Part shown: positions 1-10,734 of the stretch, piece after piece
Layout: each line of letters starts with the position of its first letter
Numbering within the stretch: the first letter of the stretch is position 1
Assembly (NCBI GenBank): GCA_003971905.1
Contig: RSEE01000033.1
Span: 124,001 to 188,000, forward strand
Length of the DNA stretch: 64,000 bases
Origin: Moniliella sp. 'wahieum'
Taxonomy: Eukaryota
Direction of reading: 5' to 3'
Program-made: the position numbers and the translations under genes
Notes under the pieces: model-generated
What the model was told of the DNA's origin: nothing
Databases searched by the model: none
The model's input: the letters and a program-made list of their open reading frames with translations, nothing else

Positions 1-1244
1 GGCAAGGCGCGCCTGAGACGGGCCAGCTGCCAGGCGCGTACGCTAAACCCGCTTCGATTGACCTTGCCCCGTTCGGGGACAATGTACACGAGTATGCAGC
101 TACGACGGGTGCGACCAAGTTGCGCGAAGCGATTGCCAAGTACTACAACGTGACGTACCGGCAGGGCAAGGCGTCCCAGTACACGGCGGCGAATGTGTGT
201 GGTACCTGGTGGCCGGGCCGGCTTGTCGCGTGTAGCGTCAATCATTGGGTCGGTGAATACGGGGTACCAATTGCCCGAGTACACGGCGTACGAAAACATG
301 TTGGGCGTGTTCAAGAGCTTGGTGCCCATTCCTACCCAGCTGAGCGAAGAAGAAACAACTACAAGTTGCGCATGAACGGACTGCGCAAAGAGATTCGCAA
401 CCGTGGTCTCTCGGCCGTGATCATGTCCAACCCGCGCAACCCGACAGGTCAACTCATCGAGGGCTCTGAGCTCAAAGAACTGGTCCAGATCGGACGGGAC
501 ATGCATGTCTCTCTTGTGCTCGACGAATTTTACTCGTGGTACATGCTGGACGGCCCGCTGGGACGCGCGGTAAGCGCAGCCGAATACATTGATGACGTGA
601 ACCAAGACCCAGTAATTCTGATTGACGGCCTGACCAAGAACTTCCGCTGTCCGGGATGGCGCGTATGCTGGGTGGTAGGCCCACAAGACTTGATCAATGC
701 CCTGGCCGAGTCGGGCTCCTTCCTGGATGGAGGCGCAAACCATCCACTGCAACTGGCTGCGGTGCCGATGCTGGATCCAGAACGGTGCGCTCAAGATCGC
801 ATGGCGCTCCAGGCTCATTTCCGTGCCAAGCGCGACCATGTTCTGAACCGCTTGCGCAAGATGGGGCTGCCGGTTGAGGTGCCGCCCGTGGCGACCTTTT
901 ACATTTGGCTTTGCCTTAAGAAATTGCCTCCCCCTCTCAATTCGGGCATGACGTTTTTTGAGGAACTGCTCAAGGAGAAGGTCATCACCACCCCAGGAAT
1001 CTTCTTTGATATCAATCCCAACCATCGGCGTAACATCATTGACTCTCCATGGGAGCCGTATGTTCGTTTGAGCTTTGGCCCGCCGCTCGCTGAGTTGGAC
1101 CAGGGACTGGATGGAATCGAACGGGTCCTAGCTAAGGTCAACTTGGGTCCGCGGGCGCCTGAGGCCCGGTGGAAGCAGGCCTCTGCCACGCTTGGAAAGG
1201 GTTATGTCAAACATAACCGCACTCGCTCCTCTACCCTGTTCTAA
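1..1244 (+). CDS. PLP-dependent class I/II (aspartate-aminotransferase-like) aminotransferase, 5' end outside window
   Basis: Stitched frames give GQGAPETG...EYAATTGATKLREAIAKYYN...VVPGGRAGLSR...SNPRNPTG...VLDEFYSWY...DGLTKNFRCPGWRVCW (PLP-lysine motif)...YVRLSFGP; apparent frameshifts near 200 and 355; TAA at 1242-1244. Confidence 0.9.
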   Translation, partial: QGAPETGQLPGAYAKPASIDLAPFGDNVHEYAATTGATKLREAIAKYYNVTYRQGKASQYTAANVCGTWWPGRLVACSVNHWVGEYGVPIARVHGVRKHVGRVQELGAHSYPAERRRNNYKLRMNGLRKEIRNRGLSAVIMSNPRNPTGQLIEGSELKELVQIGRDMHVSLVLDEFYSWYMLDGPLGRAVSAAEYIDDVNQDPVILIDGLTKNFRCPGWRVCWVVGPQDLINALAESGSFLDGGANHPLQLAAVPMLDPERCAQDRMALQAHFRAKRDHVLNRLRKMGLPVEVPPVATFYIWLCLKKLPPPLNSGMTFFEELLKEKVITTPGIFFDINPNHRRNIIDSPWEPYVRLSFGPPLAELDQGLDGIERVLAKVNLGPRAPEARWKQASATLGKGYVKHNRTRSSTLF

Positions 1245-1796
1245 TTGGTCGCCATTGGTCCTTTTGTGTGCAAGGCTTTTTCTGGATTATTCCTCTACAC
1301 AGTTTCCTATTCCTACCCTTTATCGGTCGGTATCATTCAACTACACCACAACTCAGGATCTCGATCTCCTACCTTGACCCTCTTTTCCTGTTTCCGGGTG
1401 CATCTTTTTCGCCGCTTTCTGCCTTCCTACTAGACGTGCCCTGTCGTCCACTCCAGTGTATGCGTGTGGTCGACAGATGAGCTGTTGATGGTTAGACTAA
1501 TATATATCCCTCATGTCTTGGTTTCTGCCCTTTGCTCTGTTATACTTTGTTCACTACGTCCACTTCTTGCCTTAGGCACCGATCTCATATACACCTCTCG
1601 ATTACACCTTACGCTGCACTCCTTCTCCCATCTCTACTCGTTGTAGCACTATACTCTATCGGGGGGGCTCGGGTCCCGTGTATATATGGTTAGGTCAAAA
1701 AACTGCATTATCTGCATCATCGACATCATCCTTTTGCCCCTTTAATAACCTCGGGAGGGTCTGAAGCTCTGAACTCTGTTACGAAGGTTGAAGACG

Positions 1797-1858
1797 TTGA
1801 AGCTTGAAGCTTGAAGCTTGAAGCTTGAAGCTTGAAGCTTGAAGCTTGAAGCTTGAAG
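1797..1858. repeat. (TTGAAGC)n heptamer tandem repeat, 8 perfect copies plus one degenerate
   Basis: Directly visible; every junction forms the palindrome AAGCTT. Confidence 0.95.
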
Positions 1859-2907
1859 TCTCTCGACGGAGATATTGCAGTACACTTCAGGCCTTCAGGT
1901 TTGCTCAAACCCCTGTCTCTCCCAGATAATGTGTGTTTGACTGAGTACTGAAGCCTACAGTAGCATCAACCCCTGAATCAAATTGAATCGAGGCTATAAG
2001 TGCCTGATCCAACAGTTCGACCCACGCACTTTTTGTCTACTACGTCTCCACCTTGCCAATCGCGCGCTCCACGCACAAGCTACGTTTGTTGAACGGCCTG
2101 ACAGACCCCCTGCCAGGGGGTGCGGTCAGCTGGGCAGAGGACAGGAAACAGTTGCGAGCAAATAAGGTATCCGTCGAAGGCAGGCCCCTGGCCCTCAGGC
2201 CCCTGAGGGGGCCAGACACCTGGGGTGTGTCACAGCTAAGTGTGGCAGCCGGTGGCTCCCACGCATGTTGTGGCTTACTGGAGCTCAAGGGGCCAATGGT
2301 GGTCCCACATCATGCATCATGCATCACGACGGCTTAGGCCCCACTTTGTAACACAGCGGCACAGCATGGGGCGACTCAAAAATTCAATTCAATTCAATTC
2401 AATAACCATCGATGATCGATGATTATACGAGACGCGCATCGTGAGCAGCCCAGGTATTACGGGGCGGTGGCGAGACCAGAACCGTCGCACTTTTTCAAGC
2501 TCGAGCTTCCTCTTAGGCCTTGCATGTTCACATGTTCACACCTGCCGACTGTACCAGTAAGGACCGGCAGACCAGAGGGGGTTGTTGCACGGCAGGTGAA
2601 TGAAGCTTCATTCCATCATGCAGGTAGGGAGAACAGGACAAGGGACAAGAGGGTGTGTGGTTAGAGAAAACATTCATGATGAGCAGGAAACAGGAGATGG
2701 GTTCTAGATGAACTGGCGAAATGCCAAGAGGGTAGTAAATGGGGTAGCAAGACGCTTCATTCCTCTGGAACCCAGACCATGAAAAGGGGAAGCACGGTGC
2801 GATAGAGAGAGAGAAGGAAACAGTGCGTTGGATCAACCGTAACACATTTCGTTTGCCCTTGGGCGAAAAAAAGGACCAAGAAGCCCAAGGAGGACAGCGA
2901 GTGTCTC

Positions 2908-3569
2908 TTAGATCAGGGCAGCCGCAGCCACACCGACAACGCCAGCAATCGCAGCCGAGGCCACACGGACCGAACCGGCGGACGACTTGGACGAGCTCGA
3001 GGAGGCGGGCGCCGAGCCAGCCGAGCTAGCGTCGCTGCCCTTGGAAGCCGAGGTGGCGGCACTCGAGGCAGGGGGGCGGAGCTGGCAGGTTCCGAAGCGG
3101 CAGAGGAAGCGGCACCACCCGAGCCCTGGGCGGAGCCCGATCCACCACCGGAGCCAGCGGTGACGGCGGGAGTACCACCCGACTGGCCCAGAGCGCCGGT
3201 CGAGTCGGTCACATCAAACTGAAGCGACTTGCCAGCAACGCTGGCAGGAGGAGTGAACGTGTAGGGCGAGTTGGCGTTCGTGACGGTTTGACAACACCAG
3301 TTTGGGCACCGTTGGCGAAGGTGTGAACGACCAGAGTGTAAGGGGCCGATCCGCCGGACCACTTGACCTGCAGGGGCACGCCGGTGATGAGCGTAGTGGT
3401 GGGGGTGATCCTGGAGAACAGCGGAAAGGAGAGGGTAGGTTAGTATGACCCGGTGCAGCGAATGGGAGAACACAAGGGGGTGAGGGGGCGACGGTACGCA
3501 CACGGAAGGGCCAGCGGCCAAGACGGCAGCGGCAGCAGCCAAGAGGACAGAGAGGTGGAAGAACTGCAT
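2908..3569 (-). CDS. Small secreted Ser/Gly/Ala-rich, probably GPI-anchored cell-surface protein
   Basis: ATG at 3569, signal peptide MQFFHLSVLLAAAAAVLA; intron 3411-3501 (GTGCGT..ACTAAC..CAG); exon 2 VITPTTTLITGVPLQVKWSGGSAPYTLVV..., Ser-rich stalk, hydrophobic tail ASAAIAGVVGVAAALI-TAA; needs ~2 indel corrections. Confidence 0.8.
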
Positions 3570-3674
3570 AGCGAGCAGAGTGGGAGGATGCAAAGGAGCG
3601 AAGGGGGTGTGCGACGCAGCAGAGGAGGTGGGTGAGAGAGGGGAAGGAGCGAGGATTGGAGGCCGTGGCGGTGC

Positions 3675-3681
3675 TTTTATA
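3675..3681 (-). promoter_or_regulatory. TATA box (TATAAAA) of the GPI-protein gene
   Basis: Canonical TATAAAA ~105 nt upstream of the ATG, followed by a pyrimidine-rich leader. Confidence 0.6.
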
Positions 3682-5170
3682 TCGAGAGGGCCCGGCGTGT
3701 CAGAGACTGGATGCGCAGAGCATACATAGGCTGGGTGAAAGAAAGCCAAGCGGACGGGCAAATAGCAAGTCGCTCCGAGGGACACTGGCTGGATGCGAGG
3801 GCAGGGGCGGGCGGGAAAGAAGGCGGTGGATGATCGTGATGATCTTCGAGCGGCAAGCTTTGGGCGTCGTGCAGGGAGGCCGGTGGGGGAGGAACCGGAC
3901 CGGTGACCGGTGAGAAGGGGGGACGGGGCAGTGTCTGTGGCGCTGCCTGCCACGTCGAGCGGACGGGCAGTGCAGCGATGGGGGCCGTGGTGGTGGCCCG
4001 GCGTCCGGCGGCACGCGGAGATGCGGCGGCGTTTGAGGCAGCGCCAGAGCGTGTGACTGGGGTGGTGCCGCCGCGCGAATTGCCTAGCGCTCTGGTATGC
4101 AAGGGAGGCAGAGTGCATCGCAGGCGTAAGATCTAAGAGCTGGACGATGCGATCGGTGCGGCTTGGGATAGCCATGGTGCGGATGCGTGACTGGTGACGC
4201 GAGCAACGTGTCCAGCGACGCGATGGCGATGATGAATAACGGCGAGGGAAGCCAGTGGTGAATCGGGCTGCGTGGCGTTGCTCTCTGCCGCCCCCTGGCA
4301 CGCCGGGCGCATGTGGGCGCTCACGCGCTCCGTGCTGGCTGCCCGCCTGCTCGGCTGCCCACATCCCAGACGCGCTTGGGTGCGGCCGCACCAGGCCGCA
4401 CGCCGTGCCTGCCGCCCGCAGCCCTACACAGTGTCGAACTGTGGGGGCGCCCACCCGCGCGCATCTGGGGCACTGTGGGATGGAAGGTGTGGGATCGGCG
4501 CTGGCCTCCGACAGCACGGCGCAAGTGCACATCACACCGCCTCCCCGCCACCGCCTGCCTAGACCCCGCCCGAGCTGCCTCCTCCGCAACAGCCAAGAAG
4601 GCAGCGCGTCGATCCAGGTGGGGCCAGCACAGGGCCCGTGTGCGCGGGCTGCCCGCCCCTGCCGCCGCACGCTGCTCCCTGCTCCTTCCCTTGCACCTCC
4701 ACCAAACGATTGTGTTTGGCAAACGTTTAGCTCAGCGCGCGCTGAGCTCAGTCGCTGCGATGCTGAGGGTGACCGATGCCAGTGAGGCCTCAGCCTGAGG
4801 CCTCAGCCTGAGGATCGATGAGTCGATGCGATGATGCATCATGCATTGCATCATCCACATCGACCATCCATCAACCATCCATCGACCATCCCATCCCATC
4901 CTCGTGCTCTGCGTTTGTCCCATCAAAATTTATCTTGAAGCTATCCGGACCCTCCCTTGTTGGCGCCAGAAATGAGGTGGCCGTAGGGGTGCAGGTGGAA
5001 ATGACCGAACCACGCCTGCGCATCAACGCGAAGCTCGATTCACGCTTCACATGAACCATGAACGCGTGAACGTTCGACTTGAATGTTGAACGTGGTGAAA
5101 CGTTAATTTGAAAGTTGAACCATGAGTCAACTGTAGATTGAACCGTTTCATCCTGTTTGCCCCGTTGGAT

Positions 5171-5248
5171 GCATTACATAATGACCAATGTCTAGTGCAT
5201 TATATAATGACCAATGTCTAGTGCATTACACAATGACCAATGTCTAGT
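5171..5248. repeat. 26-bp minisatellite, 3 copies (GCATTAYAYAATGACCAATGTCTAGT)
   Basis: Copies at 5171-5196, 5197-5222, 5223-5248 differ by 1-2 nt. Confidence 0.95.
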
Positions 5249-5559
5249 TTCTCAATTCTCAATGCTTAATGACTTGCGCTAATGCACCGGTCAAGTGTTC
5301 AAAACTCGCTTCAATTACAGCACGTGACGCATGTGTATGGCTACAAGCATAACCATTTGAACGTTGCAATCGTGCTACACATGCGCCACGCAGCTCGCTA
5401 CGGTGGCTGCGACACCATCGTGGCCCTGTGCATCCACAAACCATCATCGTCGCCGCGCCACTGCGCTTAGCTTTTTGGGCCACCTCACCCTTCCAGTCTG
5501 TCCTCCACAGCGGCGCTGGTTCCCGTTAGCCTTCCTTTATCGGGACTGCTGCTGCCACC

Positions 5560-6951
5560 ATGGCCCGCAAACACCACTCCGATAGCAAGGCCGACCCAGA
5601 CCATGCTCGCCGTCCAGGAAGTTAGTTCAGCCCCGCGTTGAGGAGGAGTACACACTAAAACCCCCCCCCCCTACGTAGATGACGCGTTCCGCAGCAACGG
5701 CTTCGGGCATGGCAACCACTTCTAACGCCTCGAACCGTCATCCCGTCGCTCTTGGGCATTGCCCTCCTCTTCTTGCCGATCGGTGGGATCCTGTACCACT
5801 TTAGCCAGACCGTTGTCTCCCTCACCATTGACTACACCGACGTGCCACCGAGGCGGCCAGTGGTCCTGCCACCATTGCCTCCTCGCGCTATTCGTACATT
5901 CTTCCCGACACGCAGGCCAAGCCGGCTGCGCCGACGTACCAGTGGGTCGACTCGACTACCGCTCCGGGTAACAAGGTGTGCCAGTTGGACTTTGATGTGC
6001 CGACAAGCATCAGGCTCCGGTGTACTTTTATTATCGGCTGGAAAACTTTTTCAAAACCATCGCCGGTACGTGCAGAGCTACGATCTGGACCAACTCAAGG
6101 GCAAACTTTCGTTCGGCGCACGACTTGTCGGGCCAACAAGGGTTTTGTCAGCCGCTCGCATGGGAAACGTACTATGTCTCGGTCGGCAACAGCACGCCGT
6201 CCAAGGTGGACGTGCCCATCTACCCTTGTGGGTTAATCGCCAACAGTGTTTTCAATGGTACGTTGGCCCTCTCTCTTGGCCCCTCTGGGGCAAAGCGGAA
6301 CTGGGTGAATGCCTGCTGACTGACGCCCGTTTCCTTCAGATACCTATACCCCCGTTCTCCTCGACTCGACGGAGCTGTGACGAATACGACATACACGATG
6401 AGTGAGAAGGGGATTGCCTACCCAGGAGAAATGTCCAAGTATGGCACCACCAAGTACACTCCGGATCAGGTGGTGCCGCCACCTTTTTGGCAGGGCGCCA
6501 AGGGCCGGTATGGTCAGCCGACAGGCAGGTACACCAACGAGAGTATGTTTGATCCTTCGAAGGACGAGCACTTTGCCGTCTGGATGCGCGTCGCGGCCTC
6601 TCCACGTTCCGCAAGATGTACATGCGGCAAGACACCAACGACCTTCTGCGGCCGCTATCGGTGGAGATCCAAGATAGTACGTCCCCCCCCCTCTTGTTTT
6701 GTGCGTGGTCTTGGTGGAAACTAACCTGCATGGGATCCAGACTTTCCCGTGACCATGTTCAGGGCCGCAAGTCCATCGTGATGGCCAACGCGGACTGGAC
6801 AGGTGGTGCCAACCCATTCATGGGGATCGCCTTGATGGTCGTTGGGGCCATCAGCTTGCTCTGTGGGCTGGCCTTCCTCATCCGACACGTAATCAACCCA
6901 AGGAAGATCGGAGACCCGCAGTACCTTAGTTGGTACAAGCAGAACAATTGA
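5560..6951 (+). CDS. CDC50: CDC50/LEM3 family P4-ATPase (flippase) beta subunit
   Basis: MARKHH...RRPG|..AF.QQRLRAWQPLLTPRTVIP, TM1, FYYRLENF(F)QNHRRYVQSYDLDQLKG, IYPCGLIANSVFN, DEHFAVWMRVAA, GGANPFMGIA-TM2-PRKIGDPQYLSW; introns 5621-5678, 6258-6339, 6677-6740. Symbol denotes the family, orthology not tested. Confidence 0.92.
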
Positions 6952-7446
6952 GTATCCAGCTGCAAGCTTCAAGCCCTGCCTCTTTGTCCCCTGTCCCATA
7001 CCATCCGCCTTCACAGAATGTACATCCGTTTAGCATTGCCTGTCTCTAGCGTTGCAGGCAGCCTATTTGTCACCCTCCAGGGGCTCAGCTTGGGCAACGT
7101 GGAACACTATGTTCAGGGGGAGGGGGGAGATGGGAAGAACAGCTCCTGAAACTCATTCATCGATCCTCGGCCTGCCTGAGGTTGAATCACGCTAAGGATG
7201 AAGCGCAATGTGCAGAAGTCCAACAGCGTCCAACCCAGTCGGCAATTCACCATCGCTACAGAAATGAATACGAAGGAATAGGTTGCTAAATGCGCATCAT
7301 TTTGGGACGAGGGGAAGGCTCATATAGAGCAAGCTCACAAACTCAGCATGAGATGCTGGGAGGAACACAACGCATGGAAGATGCAAAGGGGCATATGCAA
7401 CAGCCACATTCCATCCGGACGGCGCTGCTCAGTCGTAGACGAAACG

Positions 7447-7973
7447 TTAGTCCGAGTGGGCGGGGTGTAGACCAGCTGGGCGTGGGGGGACACACGCTTA
7501 ATCTGGCCCTCCTGCTCGAGGTGCTTAATGGCGCGGCGGGCGAGGGAACCGTTGATCTTCAACCGGTCAATCAGGGTGGACTGGGAGATGAACTTGAACG
7601 TAGGCACCTCCTTGATGATGCGGTCGTAGGTGGCCTTGTCCAGAACAACATTGTTCTGCGCCTTGTCCTTGACCTTGCCCTTGGACCACTTCTTTTTCTT
7701 GGCCGACTTGGTGGCCGAAGCCAGGATAGCAGACTTCTTGGGAGGCACTGGGAAGGAGAAAGAAAGCAAGAAAGAGGAATGGTCAGCTCGTGTCCCAACA
7801 TTCCCATCCAGCCCAGCAGGACATGGCATTATCAGGATCACAGCCGCCCAGGGTAGGTAGGAAGAGAAGGCACAAGGCAAGGCGCAAGCACCGCCCTGCC
7901 TTGCGCCAAGCACAATACGGTCGATGAATCCGGCACATCGCCCGTAGCGCAGTAGGTAACGAGTCAACTTACT
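7447..7973 (-). CDS. RPS25: 40S ribosomal protein S25 (eS25)
   Basis: MPPKK...KKKKWSKGKVKDKAQNNVVLDKATYDRIIKEVPTFKFISQSTLIDRLKINGSLARRAIKHLEQEGQIK...HAQLVYT(R)A; intron 7748-7972 (GTAAGT..GCTGAC..CAG); stop TAA 7449-7447 after one indel correction. Confidence 0.95.
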
Positions 7974-8814
7974 TGTGACCACTCCGGGATAAGGCCTGGT
8001 GGAGAAGAGGCAGCGGGCCGAGGTTGCCAATGATCCAGTTGGGGTATCTGCGTCGGTGGCAACGCAGCACGCACAATAGGGTTGTGCATGACCGGCCTAG
8101 TCCCTCACTGCCATTAATTGCGCCACAGTTACAACGGTATTGCACCCGCATCCTAGGGTTACTGATTACCCAAGCAATGAAATGCACTTTTGCGCAGCAA
8201 GCAAATGTGCGTCTTCGTGGTTGGTTGGTCACCGGTCACGCGTCACGCGCGGTTACTTCCGACTGATATAATTTCGGCGGGCTACAACATGCTCAACGCT
8301 GGACTCTTGACTGCCTGGGGCGAATGTTCTGATCCTGTTCTCACGGGTTTGACTCTTACCTCCCTACTTGGTCGTCTTCAATGGCGTTGGTTAGGCGTTG
8401 ATGCTGGGTAGTAGGACACCATTGGTAGTTGACCTGATGGACACCTCAGATGAAGGGAGGAAGAGTCAGCTAGTCAGGTGAGGTCCTTATTTTGGCAACG
8501 TTTGGCACGTTCAGTCGTCCAAGGTGGCCATGTGTTGCAAAAACCGCGCGGCCAAATCCGTTGATGAGGAATGTCTACCTGGCGCCTAGTATGTCGAATC
8601 TTTGGTGCAATAAAATGGCAGAGTCCAACTTTTTTCCCATGTCCGAATCCTCCATCTAATCGGGTACTACTGAAGCCCTCCGTATGGCTTCGAAGCTAGT
8701 AAACCCGAAAATGCAGGAAGGAGCTTGTTCGAGCAAAGCACGGTCGAGATTACGATGCTTGATTGGACCGTCAAGGAACTAGCACGGAAAACACGCTTCT
8801 GAGAGCGTTTATAA

Positions 8815-8906
8815 GCTTCAATGGGTTAGTGGTATACTACATCGTTGCCAGACAGCCTAGTACCTGTGAGACATCGATGACAGGGGTTCGATTCCCCTTT
8901 GAAGCA
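8815..8906 (+). tRNA. tRNA-Gly(GCC) with ~23-nt intron (8851-8873)
   Basis: Acceptor GCTTCAA/TTGAAGC+A, D-loop AGTGGTA, anticodon stem CATCG/CGATG with TT-GCC-A, intron after position 37, T-arm AGGGG-TTCGATT-CCCCT. Confidence 0.9.
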
Positions 8907-8912
8907 TTTTTT
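8907..8912 (+). terminator. Pol III oligo-T terminator of the tRNA gene
   Basis: TTTTTT directly after the discriminator base. Confidence 0.8.
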
Positions 8913-9981
8913 GGTACATCAGCTTTGTCTCTCCGTCAACCCTCCCTACCTACCTGCGTGTTCTCCAAGTTGGACGTGCCGAGTCTAAGGGTGGCTCCCG
9001 TGTTCGAGCACGGTTGGCCCAGTCTCTCCTGATGAATAGGATCTCCGCTATTTTCTCGCTTCGCTTGTCTTTGCTCCGTAGCCAAGGGCCCGTGACAACT
9101 GACAATTCGATGCCGCAGAGGCCGTGCCGGGATATGCCTTTGACCACACACACCGCCGCAGTACTACTAGCGCGATTGCATCACCCTCGCGGGTCATCAG
9201 ACTCGAAGCCCCATCAAGGCGTCGTCAGTCGCTGCAGGCTTCGTAGTCCACCGTTATTGACTGAATCTCTCTATTTCCCAAGAGCAAGTATCGACTATCG
9301 GTCGCCCCATGGCCTAATCCGTGGAGGGATCTGGTAGGCGGAGAACGGTGAATCAGTGGAGACCATGAGACCCGAAATCCACCAAGATAACCAGGAACCC
9401 GGAACCAATAATAAGCCACTGAGCTTGGTTGATTTACGCGTTTACGGCGGGTGGCTGTATGGGCCACAGCATCCTAGACTATTGGGAACGACCTCATGCT
9501 AATACCATAGGCTTGAGGAGGCAGGATGAAAAGACAGTGTCAAATGTGGCAAGAGAGACGAACAGCGCCAGGCTGTATGAAAAGGACAAGGCCACGGACG
9601 GGACAGGGGAAAGTGGGGACCACTTTTCCTCTGGACAACCGTAGCATGAGGTCCGAGAAAATCGGGGGGAAAGAGAGGCCCAGGACACCCGTGAACGGGG
9701 GCGAAACCAGAATGACGAACCGAGAAACAAAGAATAGCGAAAACGCAGTAAAAGCGTGGAGAATCTCGTCACCAGGGCGAGAGAAGATATGATTGGAGGG
9801 CAGACATGGGTAGAATTTGAGGGGCAGACATGGGTACAATCACAGCCACGGAGCCATGTGGGTCTCAGCGCGGTAGGTCCACCGTGCTTGGTATGAACAG
9901 GGTGCAGTGAACCCGCCCAGTAGGTCCCAGAGTAAGACGCGACACAAGAGGAATCCCGGGAACGGGCGAAAGAGAATCCGC

Positions 9982-10734
9982 TTAGACGTCGTCGGCCGAA
10001 AGAACACGGTACTTTAACGGCTTGAGCACGCCCACACTGAGGTCGGCAAGCTCCTGGAACACGCCTTTGGTCATGTCGACACTAGAAAGAATAGCGCAAC
10101 GGTTAATTCAGGAACCCAGAGTAAATAAAGAGGCAACGTACCTGTTTTGACCGCAGCCCGCACATTGGTCCACAACCTTCGCGGCGACCATTTGCCGTTG
10201 CTACAGAGGAACAAATTGAAGTCAGTAAAAAGTATGTGGGGGAAAGCAAGATCAGCAACGAGGTGGAAGCAGATACGAACTAGTCTGAAGAGAGAAACGG
10301 GTTAGCCTAACATCCTTGGACAAGGCACGAGTTCAAAGGGAGGAGTGATTGTCCACCCGTGAGACCACACGAGAGAGAGGAGGGTGAGGGGTTAGGACGT
10401 ACGGAGATGGAGCCAGCTGCCACAGGGAGGGCCGCCGGCAGGAACAGCAACAACCATGTCGCTGTCAGAGGGGGTGGGGCCGCCGCAAGCCGGGTTGTCG
10501 AGCTGAAAGAGAAGGTCAGTGAGTGTGGTGGGCAGGCAAGGGAGGGCGAAAACACACCTGACTGCCGTAGTAGTAGGTACCCTGACCGCCAGAGTACACG
10601 CGGTAACGTTTCTCAAGCGCCATTTCCGAGTGGCGGGCCTTGCGCTCGAGAGCGCGCGTCTCGCCCGAGTTGAGCAGGTTGGCAGCAGCGGCCATCGAGG
10701 CGGCGGCGAGAACGAAGACGGTAGCAAACTTCAT
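9982..10734 (-). CDS. Secreted RlpA-like double-psi beta-barrel (expansin/loosenin-like) protein
   Basis: Signal peptide MKFATVFVLAAASMAAA, Kex2-like LEKR, then YSGGQGTYYYGSQ|LDNPACGG..SDSDMVVAV..PCG..LHL-H-Y-NGK(M)VAAKVVDQCAGCGQN|SVDMTKGVFQELADLSVGVL; introns 10503-10557, 10285-10402, 10201-10280, 10082-10141. Confidence 0.88.

Noticed and set aside
2913..4670. 585-aa minus-strand ORF
   Set aside because: GC-rich read-through from a non-ATG start; only 2908-3569 shows signal peptide, intron and TATA logic.
7748..7972. Possible intronic snoRNA in RPS25
   Set aside because: No convincing box C (RTGATGA)/box D pair or H/ACA layout found by eye.
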